64,000 nt of DNA from Octopus vulgaris (GCA_951406725.2 OX597833.1:66960001-67024000); one strand, 5' to 3'; counted from the stretch's first letter, positions 45,553 through 60,055 are shown. Translations and numbers: made by a program. The notes: generated by a model not told the origin, from the letters alone.

Positions 45553-46065
45553 TTTCAATTTTCTTCTTTGGCATTTCGTCTACTTTTTTTTTTCTGTTCA
45601 CCATCACTTTTATAAATTCTCTCCACCTCCGCCTCCTCCTTCCTCTTGTTATCACTGTTGTTTTCTACGTCCCAGGGTCGAATGCATTTCCTTGATGAGT
45701 TCACCACACAACCCACACACAAACACACAAACACACAAACACACAAACACACAACACATATATATACTAACACATACACACACACACAGACACACAAAGA
45801 AATACACACACACACACACACACACACATACCCTACAACTCTCCTCCACATCCCGCCCCGCGTTCTATCTTTCCAAACAAATTATCTTTCACTGTTTAAC
45901 CTATCTGGAAACGTTAAGCCAGAAACTCTGACTTAATTATGTCAACAAGATAAACCGAAAAACCAATGCAGAATTTTGACGTAATATCAATTTCTTCAAT
46001 GCAAGCCAAAAACAAAACAAACAAACAAAAAAAGGATCTCGAAGCAGTTTTAAAGACGAATAGAT

Positions 46066-46594
46066 AGGCGCAGGAGTGGCTGTGTGGTGGTAAGTAGCTT
46101 GCTAACCAACCACATGGTTCCGGGTTCAGTCCCACTGCGTGGCACCTTGGGCAAGTGTCTTCTACTATATATAGCCTCGGGCCGACCAAAACCTTGTGAG
46201 TGGATTTAGTAGACGGAAACTGAAAGAAGCCCGTCGTATATATGTATATATAGGCGCAGGAGTGGCTGTGTGGTGGTAAGTAGCTTGCTAACCAACCACA
46301 TGGTTCCGGGTTCAGTCCCACTGCGTGGCACCTTGGGCAAGTGTCTTCTGCTATAGCCCCGGGCCGACCAATGCCTTGTGAGTGGATTTGGTAGACGAAA
46401 ACTGAAAGAAGCCCGTCGTATATACGTATATATAGGCGCAGGAGTGGCTGTGTGGTAAGTAGCTTGCTAACCAACTACATGGTTCCGGGTTCAGTCCCAC
46501 TGCGTGGCACCTTGGGCAAGTGTCTTCTGCTATAGCCCCGGGCCGACCAATGCCTTGTGAGTGGATTTGGTAGACGGAAATTGAAAGAAGCCTG

Positions 46595-46638
<44 letters not shown>

Positions 46639-46870
46639 GTGTGTGTTTGTGTATCTGTGTTTGTTCCCCTAGCATTGCTTGACAACCGATGCTGGTGTGT
46701 TTACGTCCCCGTCACTTAGCGGTTCGGCAAAAAGAGCCCGATAGAATAAGTACTGGGCTTACAAAAAGAATAAGTCCCGGAGTCGAGTTGCTCGACTGGA
46801 AGGCGGTGCTCCAGCATGGCCGCAGTCAAATGACTGAAACAAGTAAAATAAGATAAAAGTAAAAGAAAGA
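46066..46870 (+). mobile_element. SINE family B with triplicated head
   Basis: AGGCGCAGGAGTGGCTG at 46066, 46252 and 46434, then a single 3' half and tail. Confidence 0.95.
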
Positions 46871-47070
46871 TAAAACGGACAACAAGACGAAAATAATAGC
46901 AAACAAAGCAAACCTATAAAAAAGGGACAAAAGTCAAGAAATGCCAAATAAACAGAAATGGTTGACTAAATGAGAGAACTGATCGCTTCAGAATGTATCG
47001 GAATCGTGTATGAGTAAAACTAATGTTCGCATCTTTATGCTATACGTGTATCCACCCGCTTTCAATCTCC

Positions 47071-47190
47071 GCAGTGTTCAACTGGTTCCTTATTTTATCG
47101 ACCCCGAAAGAATGAAAGCCAAAGTCAATCTCGGCGGGATTTGAACTCAGATCCTGGCGACGGGCGAAACACCGCTAAGCATTTCGGGCA
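47071..47190 (-). mobile_element. SINE family M fragment
   Basis: ATCGACCCCGAAAGAATGAAAGCCAAAGTC...TTTGAACTCAG. Confidence 0.8.
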
Positions 47191-47195
47191 AAAAC

Positions 47196-47653
47196 AATAA
47201 TAATGTTCGTCCTTCGTTGTCGGCGATGACCAGGACATTACGCGAGAGAAGGAGTCGGATCACGGTGCGTCCGCCTGTTGGTGTGTGCTCGGATGTGTGC
47301 TGATGTGTGCTCGGAAGCTTCTGCTTCTAGTCAGGCAGAGGTGGGCCGCTGGGAATGAAGGCAAGGATTTGGCTCTGGACATGCGCAGTTTATATTTCCT
47401 CTGTGCTTCTGAGAGACCGTTAGGTTTATCGGAGGTAAGACCTCTGTTGGTATAGCTATGCTAGGCAGGGCAGTTCTGTGCCTGCTTTTCCCAGGTGACG
47501 GGGCTGATCTGAAAGCACTTCAGTGAGGCTTTAAATGTATGATTCAAGCGCTCCTTCTGCCCACCGTGTGTGCACTGTTTTCTGCCAATTCCGTGTAAAA
47601 CAGTCTTTTGGGCTGTCGTGTGGCTGGCATTCGAACAAAATGGTCTGCCTACC
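47196..47653 (-). mobile_element. RTE-clade LINE 3' fragment (decayed)
   Basis: Minus translation DHFVRMPATRQPKRLFYTEL, then after a frameshift GGQKERLNHTFKASLKCFQISPVTWEKQAQ. Degenerate C-terminal Zn-finger region; 3' end GTCATCGCCGACAACGAAGGACGAACA-(TTA)n. Confidence 0.8.
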
Positions 47654-47696
47654 CGATCTCTGTTCATACATCCAATGGTACCTAGAATACACACAC

Positions 47697-47739
<43 letters not shown>

Positions 47740-47797
47740 ACCATACACACACATATACGTAGACATATACAAGTAGCAATTTACATGCTTTGGATAT

Positions 47798-48107
47798 CCA
47801 GTGATCACGTGACCGACCAGGCCATCAGATGTTGCTACACATCGCTGGTCACAATGCGCTTGACATTGTTTTAGCCTTCGAATGACGCCACCCCGCTGAC
47901 TAAGCGAGCAGGCCAACAGAAGAAAGAGTGAGAGAAAGAGTGGTGAAAGAGTACAGCAGGGATCACCACCGCCCCCTGCCGCAGCCTCGTGGAGCTTTTT
48001 AGTTGTTTTCGCTCAATAAACACACACAACGCCCGGTCTGGGAATCGAAACCCCGATCCTACGACCGCGAGTCCGCAGCCCTAACCACTAGGCCATTGCG
48101 CCTCCAC
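47798..48107 (-). mobile_element. SINE family R, tail type 3
   Basis: Same head as 7806 but 3' part CGATGTGTAGCAACATCTGATGGCCTGGTCGGTCACGTGATCAC. Possible TSD TTGGATAT at 47790 and 48111. Confidence 0.85.
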
Positions 48108-48884
48108 ACATTGGATATAGTACAAGGCAACTCGCTTTGTTATCGCTTCTATACCACTTTTCACATCAAGTATTTGCTACTGCACGATTTCTCAACTGTA
48201 GGACGCCACCAGAATTCCGTATAAGGATATTTGAATCCTGATATCTTGCTTTTTTCCTCAGGGAAAATTGAAAATAATGTTTAGCCCAATAAAACATTTT
48301 TATCCCGTTGCTTTCATAATTAACCTCTCTACTTACATGTTACCCGTCACATGACGTTAATTTACGAAGCATGTTTTTACCAACAAGTGTAACATGAAGT
48401 GAAATGCTACGCGTAGAATAATTTACATAAATTGACTTTTATGAAATTTCTTGCTGCATAAACAAAATTATGAAATGAATATGCATTTTTGAAAGAAGAA
48501 AATTTCATGACCTTAAAATATAATTAAACACCAGAAGTTTCTATTCTCCATGTTTGTAATAAATATCTGTAATTATGTTTCGAAATTTTATCAATATATG
48601 CGCAATCGACTCATCGAATACTTATCTCTGATTAATGTAATTTAATAAAAAAAAGTGATGTATATTTTTTTCAGAAATTTATGAAATTGTCAATCTTCAT
48701 CTTTTATTAACACTGTTTCTTCCTTTTACTCATTTTCCCACAGCCCGATATGCGATGTGAAACGTGACTCGAGAAATCAGTCAATTAGCCAACCAAACAA
48801 CCGACCATGGAAACGACCAATCAAACAGCCAACCAACCAACCAACCAATCAAAATTTAGGTCGGCTGTTACTGGACTTCTGTTC

Positions 48885-49105
48885 TTTCATTCGTTTATTT
48901 GTTTCAGTCATTTGAGGTCGGCCAAGCTGGAGCACTACCTTTAGTCGAACAAATCGCCTGTACCCCCGGACCTATACTTTGTAAGTCTAGTACTTATTGT
49001 ATCGGTTTGTTTTGCCGAACCGCTATGTTACGGGGAAGTAAACACACCAGCATCGATTGTCAAGCGATGGTGTGTGTGTGTGTGTGTAGAACAAAAGCAG
49101 ACACA

Positions 49106-49143
<38 letters not shown>

Positions 49144-49295
49144 ATCTATATATATATATATATAGGGATATATATACACGAAATATTTTTCAGTTTCCGT
49201 CTACCAAATCTCCACTCACAAGGTTTTCAACGGCCCGTGGCTATAATACAAGACACTTGCCAAAAGTGCTACGTAGTGGGACTGAAACCGGAATC
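48885..49295 (-). mobile_element. SINE family B, diverged
   Basis: Tail, internal microsatellite and head in family order. Confidence 0.8.
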
Positions 49296-49554
49296 CTGCC
49301 CCTGTAAACAGATTTCGTTTTCAACGTACTTTCACCCATGAATAATTACGAACTTATTTATGAGTTTGATTGCTCAAAGTAAAAGAAGTCACCACCTAGA
49401 ATGGCACTAGCACTTTGTCAACAACATCTTCCCAGATATACATACATATATACAATATACATAGATACATACATAAATACGTACATACATCTAAATGTCT
49501 GCCTGTCTATGTATGTATTTATATATCTATATACATACTTGTATACATATATAT

Positions 49555-49610
<56 letters not shown>

Positions 49611-49796
49611 GGAGAGAAAGAAAGATAGAGAGGGGGAGGGAGAGAGAAAGAGAAATATATATGCAAAAATTATGGAAATGACAGTGAGCGACATTTACTC
49701 TTATGAGAGAGCAAGGAAATTAGACGAAGAAGAGTAAGAAGTTGAAAGAGATTCGTATTGAGAATGGAGAAGAAATGAGTGAAAAGTAACCAGGAA

Positions 49797-49856
<60 letters not shown>

Positions 49857-50256
49857 TATTGGAGAATTACATTGTATATTCTGGCGTGTGCATATATATA
49901 TGTATATATGCATATATTAATATTTTCACGCACACACGTTTTTGTATGTATTAGATGTGAGGTTACATGGGTGACGGAGAGGCCTAGAATCAACTTATCT
50001 TCACAGCTATTACATAAATCTATATGTATTATGGCGAATATATATACACATACATACATACATAAATATATATATGTATATATGTACATATTTATATATA
50101 CGTACATATATATGTGTCTATGTGAATGTGTTTGTGTGTGTGTGTGGATTATATTATGTATATTGTCAGGTATAAATATATGTTTACATATAAATATATA
50201 TATAAATATATATATAATTTATATATATGTATATATATATTTATATATATGTAGTT

Positions 50257-50293
<37 letters not shown>

Positions 50294-50309
50294 GTATGTA
50301 TGTATGTAT

Positions 50310-50354
<45 letters not shown>

Positions 50355-51132
50355 CACACAGACAGAGAGTGAGAAAATGGATAGATGGATGCATAAATAT
50401 AGTAAGAGAAAGAGAGATTAATGGGAGAGAGAATGAAGAGGACAGAGGAAGGAATAGATAAGAAATAGAAAGAAACCACTGGGCAAGAGAGAGAAAGAAG
50501 GAGGGAATCAAAATGAGAGAAGGACGGAAGGAGGGAGTGATGGAGGGAGGGATTAGGCAGAGAAGCAGCTAAAGTAACTAACCGATGAAAAAAAAATGGG
50601 AGAGAAAAGATAAAGAAATGTGTGAGAGAGGAAAATATGGATTCTTTGAACATAATTATGGAAGTAAAAATAGAAGGGAGGGCTTGTAGAAATAACATAA
50701 CCAATTGGAAAACCTTAATCGAAATGTTTTCCTCCAGGAACAGATTTCTTTGATAGGAAAACTTCTCAGAGAATGAATTTTCTGCTAGCAGCAAATGTCC
50801 ATACGCACGCATTCCTCGAGATAGCATTTGCATAAAGCCATTAAAATATTCCATAGAAATCGTACGATTACAAGAAGAAACATAATGGGATAAAGGATGC
50901 CTTGTGCGTTCGCTAGTGGAAATCCTTCTAACGAAAGCAGATTGCAATATTTGCATGCTGTCAGTGCAACATTAGAAATGTCTTCATAATTCTCAATTGC
51001 AACGCTACAATTTCAATGCATGTTTGGTAGTTGAGTAATGCGAGCACCACATACGTGTTCATGCGTTCATGTTATCAAGTTTTGAGAAATATGCTTAAAA
51101 ACACCTACCTGCCTACAATCATACATATACAC

Positions 51133-51214
<82 letters not shown>

Positions 51215-51235
51215 TATATACATACATATACATAT

Positions 51236-51269
<34 letters not shown>

Positions 51270-51432
51270 ATACATATATATATATACATATACATATACA
51301 TATGTATATAAATAAACCTTTACATAAATAAATAACGTGAAATACACGAAGGGACGAACAAAAAGACAAACGGGTCATTCAAAGCCTTCGTTCTTCAGTC
51401 AGAAACTGATGCCTCATCGCAGATTTCGGCTG

Positions 51433-51495
<63 letters not shown>

Positions 51496-51552
51496 TGGCA
51501 TCCTTTTGGTCTCGGGAGACATTGGAGTTGCGCATAAAATAGTCTAGTCCGG

Positions 51553-51596
<44 letters not shown>

Positions 51597-51990
51597 TGTG
51601 TGTGTGTGTGTGTATGTATATCTATATATATGTATATATATGTGTATATATACGGATATGTATCTACAAATACATAGATAGTTTGTTAGATAAGTGCATA
51701 AACAGGTAGATAAATAGATGTCTCTTTTTTTCCCCCGTTTCTCTCTCGCTGTATACACACACAGGCATACACACACACATATATGTTCATAACTATGTAA
51801 TCAATCATACGTCAAATAAAGTGTCGATGCGCGATGCGCAGACGCATGTTCTCAAGCATGAACACGCAGATATTCAAACATGCAACTCATTAAAAGTTTT
51901 GGTATTGCGTGCATACTTTAACACATTATGATAAGCAAATGGACAGACTTGTATCTAAATAATGTTCCGGAATACACACACACACACACA

Positions 51991-52053
<63 letters not shown>

Positions 52054-52094
52054 ATATATATATATATATATATTTCAGCATGCTTACTTCGTAA

Positions 52095-52187
52095 AAACCA
52101 GTCGCGTTTTTTTCCCTCCGTTCGCCCGCCTCGGGATCTTTCTTTCTCTTATGTTTCCGACGAAGAGTTCCGCTCGAAACGTCATAC
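52095..52187 (+). mobile_element. Element P1 fragment with hammerhead motif, joined to a SINE B head fragment (52187-52237, -)
   Basis: ATGTTT-CCGACGA-AGAGTTCCGCTC-GAAA-CG-TC-ATAC. Confidence 0.65.
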
Positions 52188-52237
52188 CATCCTGGTTGTT
52201 TAGCAACGCTACTTACCAAACAGCCACTCCTGCGCCT

Positions 52238-52307
<70 letters not shown>

Positions 52308-52496
52308 AAAAATCTTTGATATACAAAGTTAAGCACAAAAGCTTAAAGATACTTCAAAAAGATATATCTACTGAAGTGTGTAAACGCATATATAACAAGT
52401 ACACAATTGCTCATATAAACATACCTGAAAGAGAACTTGCATAGATACATTGGCATCTACATACATATATGCACAAACATACATATACATATATAC

Positions 52497-52532
<36 letters not shown>

Positions 52533-52700
52533 TATATATATATATGTATACTAGATGAGTGTATTTTTACCTTGTTAATAATTAACACGGAAAAAATAAA
52601 TAAATAGTTACCAGGGCAGCAAAAATCTCACAAGTAAAGGTGTTGTAACTCCTTATCTATACAGGTAGAAACTTCGTGTTTACGTTGAATATGTTCAATA

Positions 52701-52932
52701 ATATATGAATAAATAAATGGAGTTTAACGCAGGTGTAATCAAATATATTTACTTTCGACACATGTTTCGAAAATTCCACTGATACTATTCAAAAGAATAA
52801 ATGGTATAAACAATGCAATCTTCTCCTCAGGAAAGTGAAAAAAACGAATAGTATCAGTGGAATTTTCGACACGTGTGTCGAAAGTAAAAATATTTGATTA
52901 CACCTGCGTTAAACTCCATTTATTTATTCATA

Positions 52933-52935
<3 letters not shown>
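52701..52935. repeat. Inverted repeat, ~90-bp arms (52701-52790 / 52846-52935), 55-bp spacer
   Basis: ATGGAGTTTAACGCAGGTGTAATCAAATA versus TATTTGATTACACCTGCGTTAAACTCCAT; only a few mismatches. Confidence 0.9.
52751..52836 (-). ncRNA. Type I hammerhead ribozyme (predicted)
   Basis: ACUUUC-CUGAGGA-GAAGAUU...AAUUUUC-GAAA-C-AUGU-G-UC-GAAAGU: 6-bp stem I, extended stem II starting G-C, short stem III, intact core, GUC cleavage triplet. Confidence 0.75.
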
Positions 52936-53002
<67 letters not shown>

Positions 53003-53296
53003 GTATGTATATATGTATGTATGTGTATATGTGTGTGTGTGTACAGATGTAGGAGACAGGGGGAGAATGATATCCAGAGAGCGAGAGAAAGAGAGAGAGA
53101 TCCACGTGATGACTGATATATTGATATATAATTGGAACACTGAGAGGTATTAATACAAGAACATGATACCAAAATGGTACACGTAAGCGTCCGGCGATGA
53201 ATGTGTGGGATTTCGAGGGTCTAAACGCGTACCATCAACTTCTCTTGCTCTTTGAGTTAAGTCCTTTTCTCCCTGCAGAATGGAACTTGGTAAATG

Positions 53297-53333
<37 letters not shown>

Positions 53334-54452
53334 ATAAATAATATATAAATATATGCATATATACATACATATATGTACATACCTACATCTATATGTATAA
53401 TATAAATAATATATAAATATATGCATATATACATACATATATGTACATACCTACTTCCATATGTATACATACATGCATATATGGGTACAGGACGTCAAAA
53501 AAATAACGTTGAACACAATGAGAAACGAAAATATAAAAACAAAAACATGGAAAATAATTTTTTTTCGAACAACGGAAAAGCAGAGTACAAAACATACAAA
53601 ACAAGGAATATTCCCTTTCTTCAGTTGTCCCTGTTTCGTCTACTCCGCATCGCGAAGGTAAGGACAAGACGCGACTTCGTTGAAACAGTCCTTCCCGCAA
53701 AGCAAATTAAATAAAATTTGGGATTTTTGCGGAGGGGAAAAAGTGGTAACACGAAGAACACAGTAAGAACAAAACAAGACAATAGAAACAGTACAAGACA
53801 GAACAAAGAGAATAACACAGTAAAAAACAAACGATGAGGGTTCTTAAGCCAAGACGATAGAAAAATTACTCTGAACGCTTGAGGAGACAGCTTATAAAAG
53901 AGACAGGATAAGCGGTCTGATCTTGGTGATGATAACAGTTGGAAAGATGGCTTCCCTCCGATCAAGTGTCAGTGACAAGAGAGTCGAGGAGGAGGAAGAG
54001 GAGTAAGGGAGAGGGAACGGTGAATGGGAGTGGAGAAGAATAGGGAAGGTCTGGAAAGAAAAACAGGAAGGAGGAAGAACAAGAGAGGGAGAGAGATAGA
54101 CAGAAGAGTGCGCATCATAATTATTAAGATAAAACTTACTTGGAAAAGGATGCGTGGCGTTCGATCATATAATAATAGAAATAATATATATACATGTTCT
54201 TCTCCTCTCCCCTTCGCCGTAAATAGGACAGCAACAAGTCTTGCAACACATGACTCTCCCCAGATACAAAAAAAATATATATATGATTTTTATTGAACTC
54301 CGAATATTTTTGTTGAATATTTTCCCAAATATTTTCTTGTAAACTATTTTTAACATTTCATTATTATTATCAAAGAATGTATAATTGTATTTTAATACTT
54401 TTGTGACAAGCAGTACTTAACACAACAAAGCATATACAAAGCTTTACATTTT

Positions 54453-54649
54453 ACTTTTGATAATCTTTTTTCTAAAAATGTGAAACCGGTCAAGTGAATA
54501 AACATCCTTAAAATGACATTTCCAAACCTTCTTTCATATATGTATATATGTATTGTATGTATGTATGTATGTATGTATGTATGTATGTATGTATGTATGT
54601 ATGTATGTATGTATGTATGTATGTATGTATCTATGTATCTATCTATCTA

Positions 54650-54690
<41 letters not shown>

Positions 54691-54733
54691 GAAGGTTTGA
54701 GAATGTAATTTTAAAGATGTTTATTCACTTGAC
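54453..54733. mobile_element. Tail-to-tail pair of pLTR-like elements around (TATG)n/(TA)n
   Basis: GTCAAGTGAATAAACATCCTTAAAAT...CAAACCTTCTTTC (54489-54535) is inverted at 54687-54733. Left copy has ACTT-TTGATAA...GAAA-CCGG-TC-AAGT. Confidence 0.7.
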
Positions 54734-55100
54734 TAGGTAGATAAATAGGTAGATAGATAGATATACATACACACATAGAATTTAAAAGGCCTATTTTCCT
54801 CAGTACTATCTGAAGTGCCTCTTGTGGTGTTCATGCTTTATAAAATTCCCTGACTATATTTTGTACACGCTTATATACTCAATGGATGAGAATTTTCTCA
54901 GTACTTAGGATATTACGTTGCTTAGATATTTCTTTTCATATTTTTCTTTATATTATAAACCTTATTTGAATTTGGTTATATTAACGTTATTTCAAAGTAC
55001 CTTCTCTTATGCTTATGTGAAGTATTTTTACTTGTAGTAGTTAAAGTACATACGATTTCAGCTGCGTGTATTACTGCTTATGCATTGCGGGAGATAGACA

Positions 55101-55258
55101 CAGGCGTGGCTGTGTGGTAGTTCGCCTCCCAGTTACATGATTCCGGGTTCAATCCTACTCAGTAGTGGCACCCTGAGCAAATTTCTTTTAAAAAGCTTCC
55201 TGCAGATCAAAGCCGTATGAGTGGATTTGCTAGATGGAAAATGAAAGGAGCCCGTCGT
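55101..55258 (+). mobile_element. SINE family B, 5' half (decayed)
   Basis: CAGGCGTGGCTGTGTGGTAG...GGGTTCAATCC...GAGCCCGTCG. Confidence 0.75.
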
Positions 55259-55282
55259 GTATGTATGTATGTATATATATAT

Positions 55283-55436
55283 TGTTTCTCTCCATGCTTT
55301 TTCTGCGTCCCTTTCTGTAGAAGAGCGTAGGCTGGAAATGTAAAAGACTTTTTCTATTCCTGAGCGTTATATTAATATATCTGCTTGTTTTGTACACCAC
55401 CTGTCTTCATCTTTTGTTTTTTTCGTAAACTCTCCC
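55283..55436 (+). mobile_element. Element P2 between (TA)n tracts
   Basis: CTTT-CTGTAGA-AGAGCGTAGGCTG-GAAATGTAAAAG; homologous to 6583 and 12638. Confidence 0.6.
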
Positions 55437-55669
55437 TATATATATATATATATTTATATGAAACTTCAAATAAATGTCACAAACCTCAATAAGGGAGAAT
55501 AAAATCCAATAATAATACTGGTTAGTTTACCTATTTAAAATGTGTCGGATATAATTAATAACTGTAAGGATATTATAATTAGTAGCTCTAAGGTTACTAG
55601 ATAAACTGTGGTTTTTATATGTTTTAAGATTTTTAATTATTAATTAATTTTACCCTTTCTTATTATTAC

Positions 55670-55748
<79 letters not shown>

Positions 55749-56736
55749 TATATATATTTATATATTTATATATATACATATTAATGTTTGTCTCCATACT
55801 ATGTTATAATGCAAAAATATTTTAAATAAATCTGAATGTTTATTCCACACCTTCGTGGAATTCAAATTTATTATCCTTTAACGAGTACATTATTGACAGT
55901 AGCTTTGAAGTTTCGGCCAGCTAAGCAATCATGTTTCTGTGATACATTATCTTATTATTCATTATATATTGTCTCTGTTGAGATATTTCACTGGTGCTTG
56001 TGGCGTTCAGTTAAATGGTATATACATTCTAAGGAGTGTTGTGATGGAGTGGTGATTTGGAAAATTCGTTATTGGTTAAATTTGGGTACAGAGGTTTGTT
56101 TAGAATTTATTCATACGTGCATAACTTTGTTAATAAATGTGTTTATTTCGGTGTGTCAGGTTTGGGTCACGGGATTGTGCTTTAGTGGTTCACAAAAATG
56201 ATATAGAAATGTAGACAAAGATTTTGTCATACGATTTAGTCAGTTTTGGGTTCTACTGAATTGCTTTGTCTTTCTAAAGTGTAAAAGTTGAAGACCTAAT
56301 CCAGCTTATAAATTCTTAATAATTGGATGTGTCAGTCTTTTGTAATGACATATTTAAGGGTTCACAGGTGAACATAATTAGGGGTATGCTTTACCTGCTC
56401 CAAATTTTTCTTTTATTACTGTTGATTTTGTTTAGAGTATTACTGGTTTGTGTATAAGACGTGGAGTTCATTAATCGAGCATGCCATGGTGGATAGTTCT
56501 GATATTTGTTTAACTTGTGCTTTGATGTTCACAAGAAGATGTGGATTGGTGTAGAGGTTATTAGTCAGTATATTTCTCACCTGGGATTCTTTGATGTATA
56601 AGCAATTTGATTAATGTGTAGAAATTTCAAATTTGGTTTTTTTCTTTTTATGGAAGCAGGGTTTGCGGGACTAGTGCTTATAAATATTTCTCCAATTCTG
56701 AATTAAATGTTTTATATATTTTTAAGAAATTCACGC

Positions 56737-56777
<41 letters not shown>

Positions 56778-58459
56778 CACTCACACACACACACAGAAAC
56801 ACAAACACACACACACAGAGAAACACACACACACACAGTATCTAACACAATACATGTTAATGATAATTTCACAGACCATGTGATAAACACTTTCCTGTAC
56901 TTGTGATTTTCAGAAAAAATTTTTGTCTAGGAGAGACAGCGATCCGTTACCTATTTTAGTTTTTACATTAGTGGAAAAGGGAAGGGGGAACGAAATTATT
57001 TCCCTAGATTTATTTTTAAGTTTACTGTTATTATTATTAGAGGAGTTATGTATTAAGTTATCCTTAAAACCACTAGTTGTTTACTAAATAACACTTATCT
57101 CGTACAAGATGGAATACTTTTTCGTTGATCTTAACATCACGGAAGGATGGTATACCATATATATATAAACAAGGTTTTGGTCAGTTGGCATCCAAACGAC
57201 ACTACATCACGTTCCTAAGATTCATATCTACATCTTTATCTGTATATTTACCTTCCCTAAGATGTTATTAATTGATTTGAGAACCTATTATTGGAAAACC
57301 TATCTAAAATTAGCTGAAAATTACTTGGCATCTTAAATCTGCTGTAATATTTACAGCTTTTAATAAAATGTTGTAGTATGAAACAATTGTACAAAATTAC
57401 CGGATTCATTCTTGTTGCCTATTTTTGATTATATATATATATATATATATATATAATATGTACATGTATGTAAATGTATTATTTCAAAGATTATTAACTG
57501 CTCGGTGTTTCGTAGAACGAGCGATGATCCCGACTATGGAACAGACAGATTGATTTGCGGTATTTTTAAGCTTATGTTCTCATCGGTGTTATCCAGATCT
57601 TTAGGGTACCATAACTTAAGACTTTGGAACCAGAGGAATAAACACAATAAGTGTGTGTATGTGTGCGTGTGTGTGTGTATAAAGAAGTATAAATAATTCT
57701 ACTATCTTTGTCAACGTTTGATATAATGAATACAACTAGCTAAAGAAAATGTTTTTGTCGTGTAACGTATATTGTTTTATATTCGTTAAAACAATAAATA
57801 CACACACACATGCACACAAAATAGAGGTGGGTGTACAGAACTTCAGTTAGCAGATGCGCTACATAACTCGATATTGCTGCCAAGATTGAAATGCTTATAT
57901 ATATATATATATATATATTTTCTGTATATATATTTTCGCAATTTTTTTCAAAGACAAACGCGTAAATTGCAAATGTCGCATATATATATATATATATTCG
58001 GTGTCATTCCTGATGCGAGTTTTGTTTTGCAGATTCATATGTTAGGCTTAAGCGTGAACTTCGTAACTTTGAAAGCCTGATCTCTCTGTGCTCAAATATG
58101 CAGAAAACCTAAGAAAAAAGAAACACAAATGCCACAAAAAAATAACACTTGTTCATCAAGTGTGAACTTCATTTTTTTTTCTTAATATATATATATATAT
58201 TCACTGAAGTTTTCCCATGAAATAAATACAGAGAGCATAAAGCAATGCAATTTTGAATAGCTCAACTGCACAGCTAAACTTTTGTGTACCAGCTTTCATT
58301 CTTGTTGATAGTGATTTTCTTGTTTTGTTTTTGTTTTACTTAAATCCGAATATAAGAATTGGTTTCCCGTGTTTCATGCAGATCACACAGAAACGTAGTG
58401 TCAAATAGCATTTTTCTTTTTATCTTTCTTTCTGTCTTTATTTACGTATTTGTCAGATA

Positions 58460-58530
<71 letters not shown>

Positions 58531-58734
58531 TTAGAAACCACTTTCCACTGTATCATTTGTTGTATTTCGTAGAATTGTATTTTATTCTAGTTTTGCATTT
58601 CTATGCCGAAATGTTTACGAAATTGTATACGTTAGTTACAGCCAGCAAAAAGGACAAGAGCTACGAAAGAACAGCAGCAGCTAATAATAGTGGTATTAGT
58701 AACAACAATATTAGTAGTAGTATTAACATCACAC

Positions 58735-59172
<438 letters not shown>

Positions 59173-59341
59173 GTAACGGTGTAAAAATAAGCAGAGTAAC
59201 AGAAACAGAAATTGAATTCCAATAATCTGTCCCTTAGATTTCGTTCACAATGTCAAAATGTCATAAGCAACTCGTGATATGCATTCTAGCAACAGAAGTG
59301 CCTGGAAGATTATCTAAGCGAAAGTGTGATATACATATATA

Positions 59342-59408
<67 letters not shown>

Positions 59409-59794
59409 GTATAACCTTTTTATCATTCACAAGACGATTCTTACACCATCGTATCGAACATATCAACCACTAGGCAGCAACGAGACGATTTCTATTCATG
59501 CGCTTGAACAATAAAAGCGTAAAACTCTCCCAGATCGTCACACAATCTAACGTCTTCAAAGGAGTGTAAAAAAGACCTTCGCTCGTACATTTATACACAC
59601 CCACACAAATACATATATATATACACGGAGAGAAAAAAAGAGTCTTACAAATCGACAGACATATGCCTATTTCATTCTCCTCTCTGTTTCTCACACATAT
59701 TCTCTCTCCCCCTCTATCTTTATCTATCTATCTATCTATCTAGCTATCTATCTCTCTATCTCTCTCTCTCTCTCTCTCCTTCTCTCTATCCATC

Positions 59795-59874
<80 letters not shown>

Positions 59875-59875
59875 G

Positions 59876-59949
<74 letters not shown>

Positions 59950-60019
59950 ATGTACTGTAGCATAGAGCTACAGTGTTGTAATAGTAGCAGCAGTAGCAGT
60001 GGCTGTAGTTTCAGCAGTT

Positions 60020-60053
<34 letters not shown>

Positions 60054-60055
60054 AT

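Noticed and set aside
44373-45695. 440-aa ORF
   Set aside because: Chain of microsatellites and a 42-bp minisatellite.
53170-53298. Hammerhead-like words CGATGA...AAACGCGTA before (TA)n
   Set aside because: Core and stems too degenerate to call.
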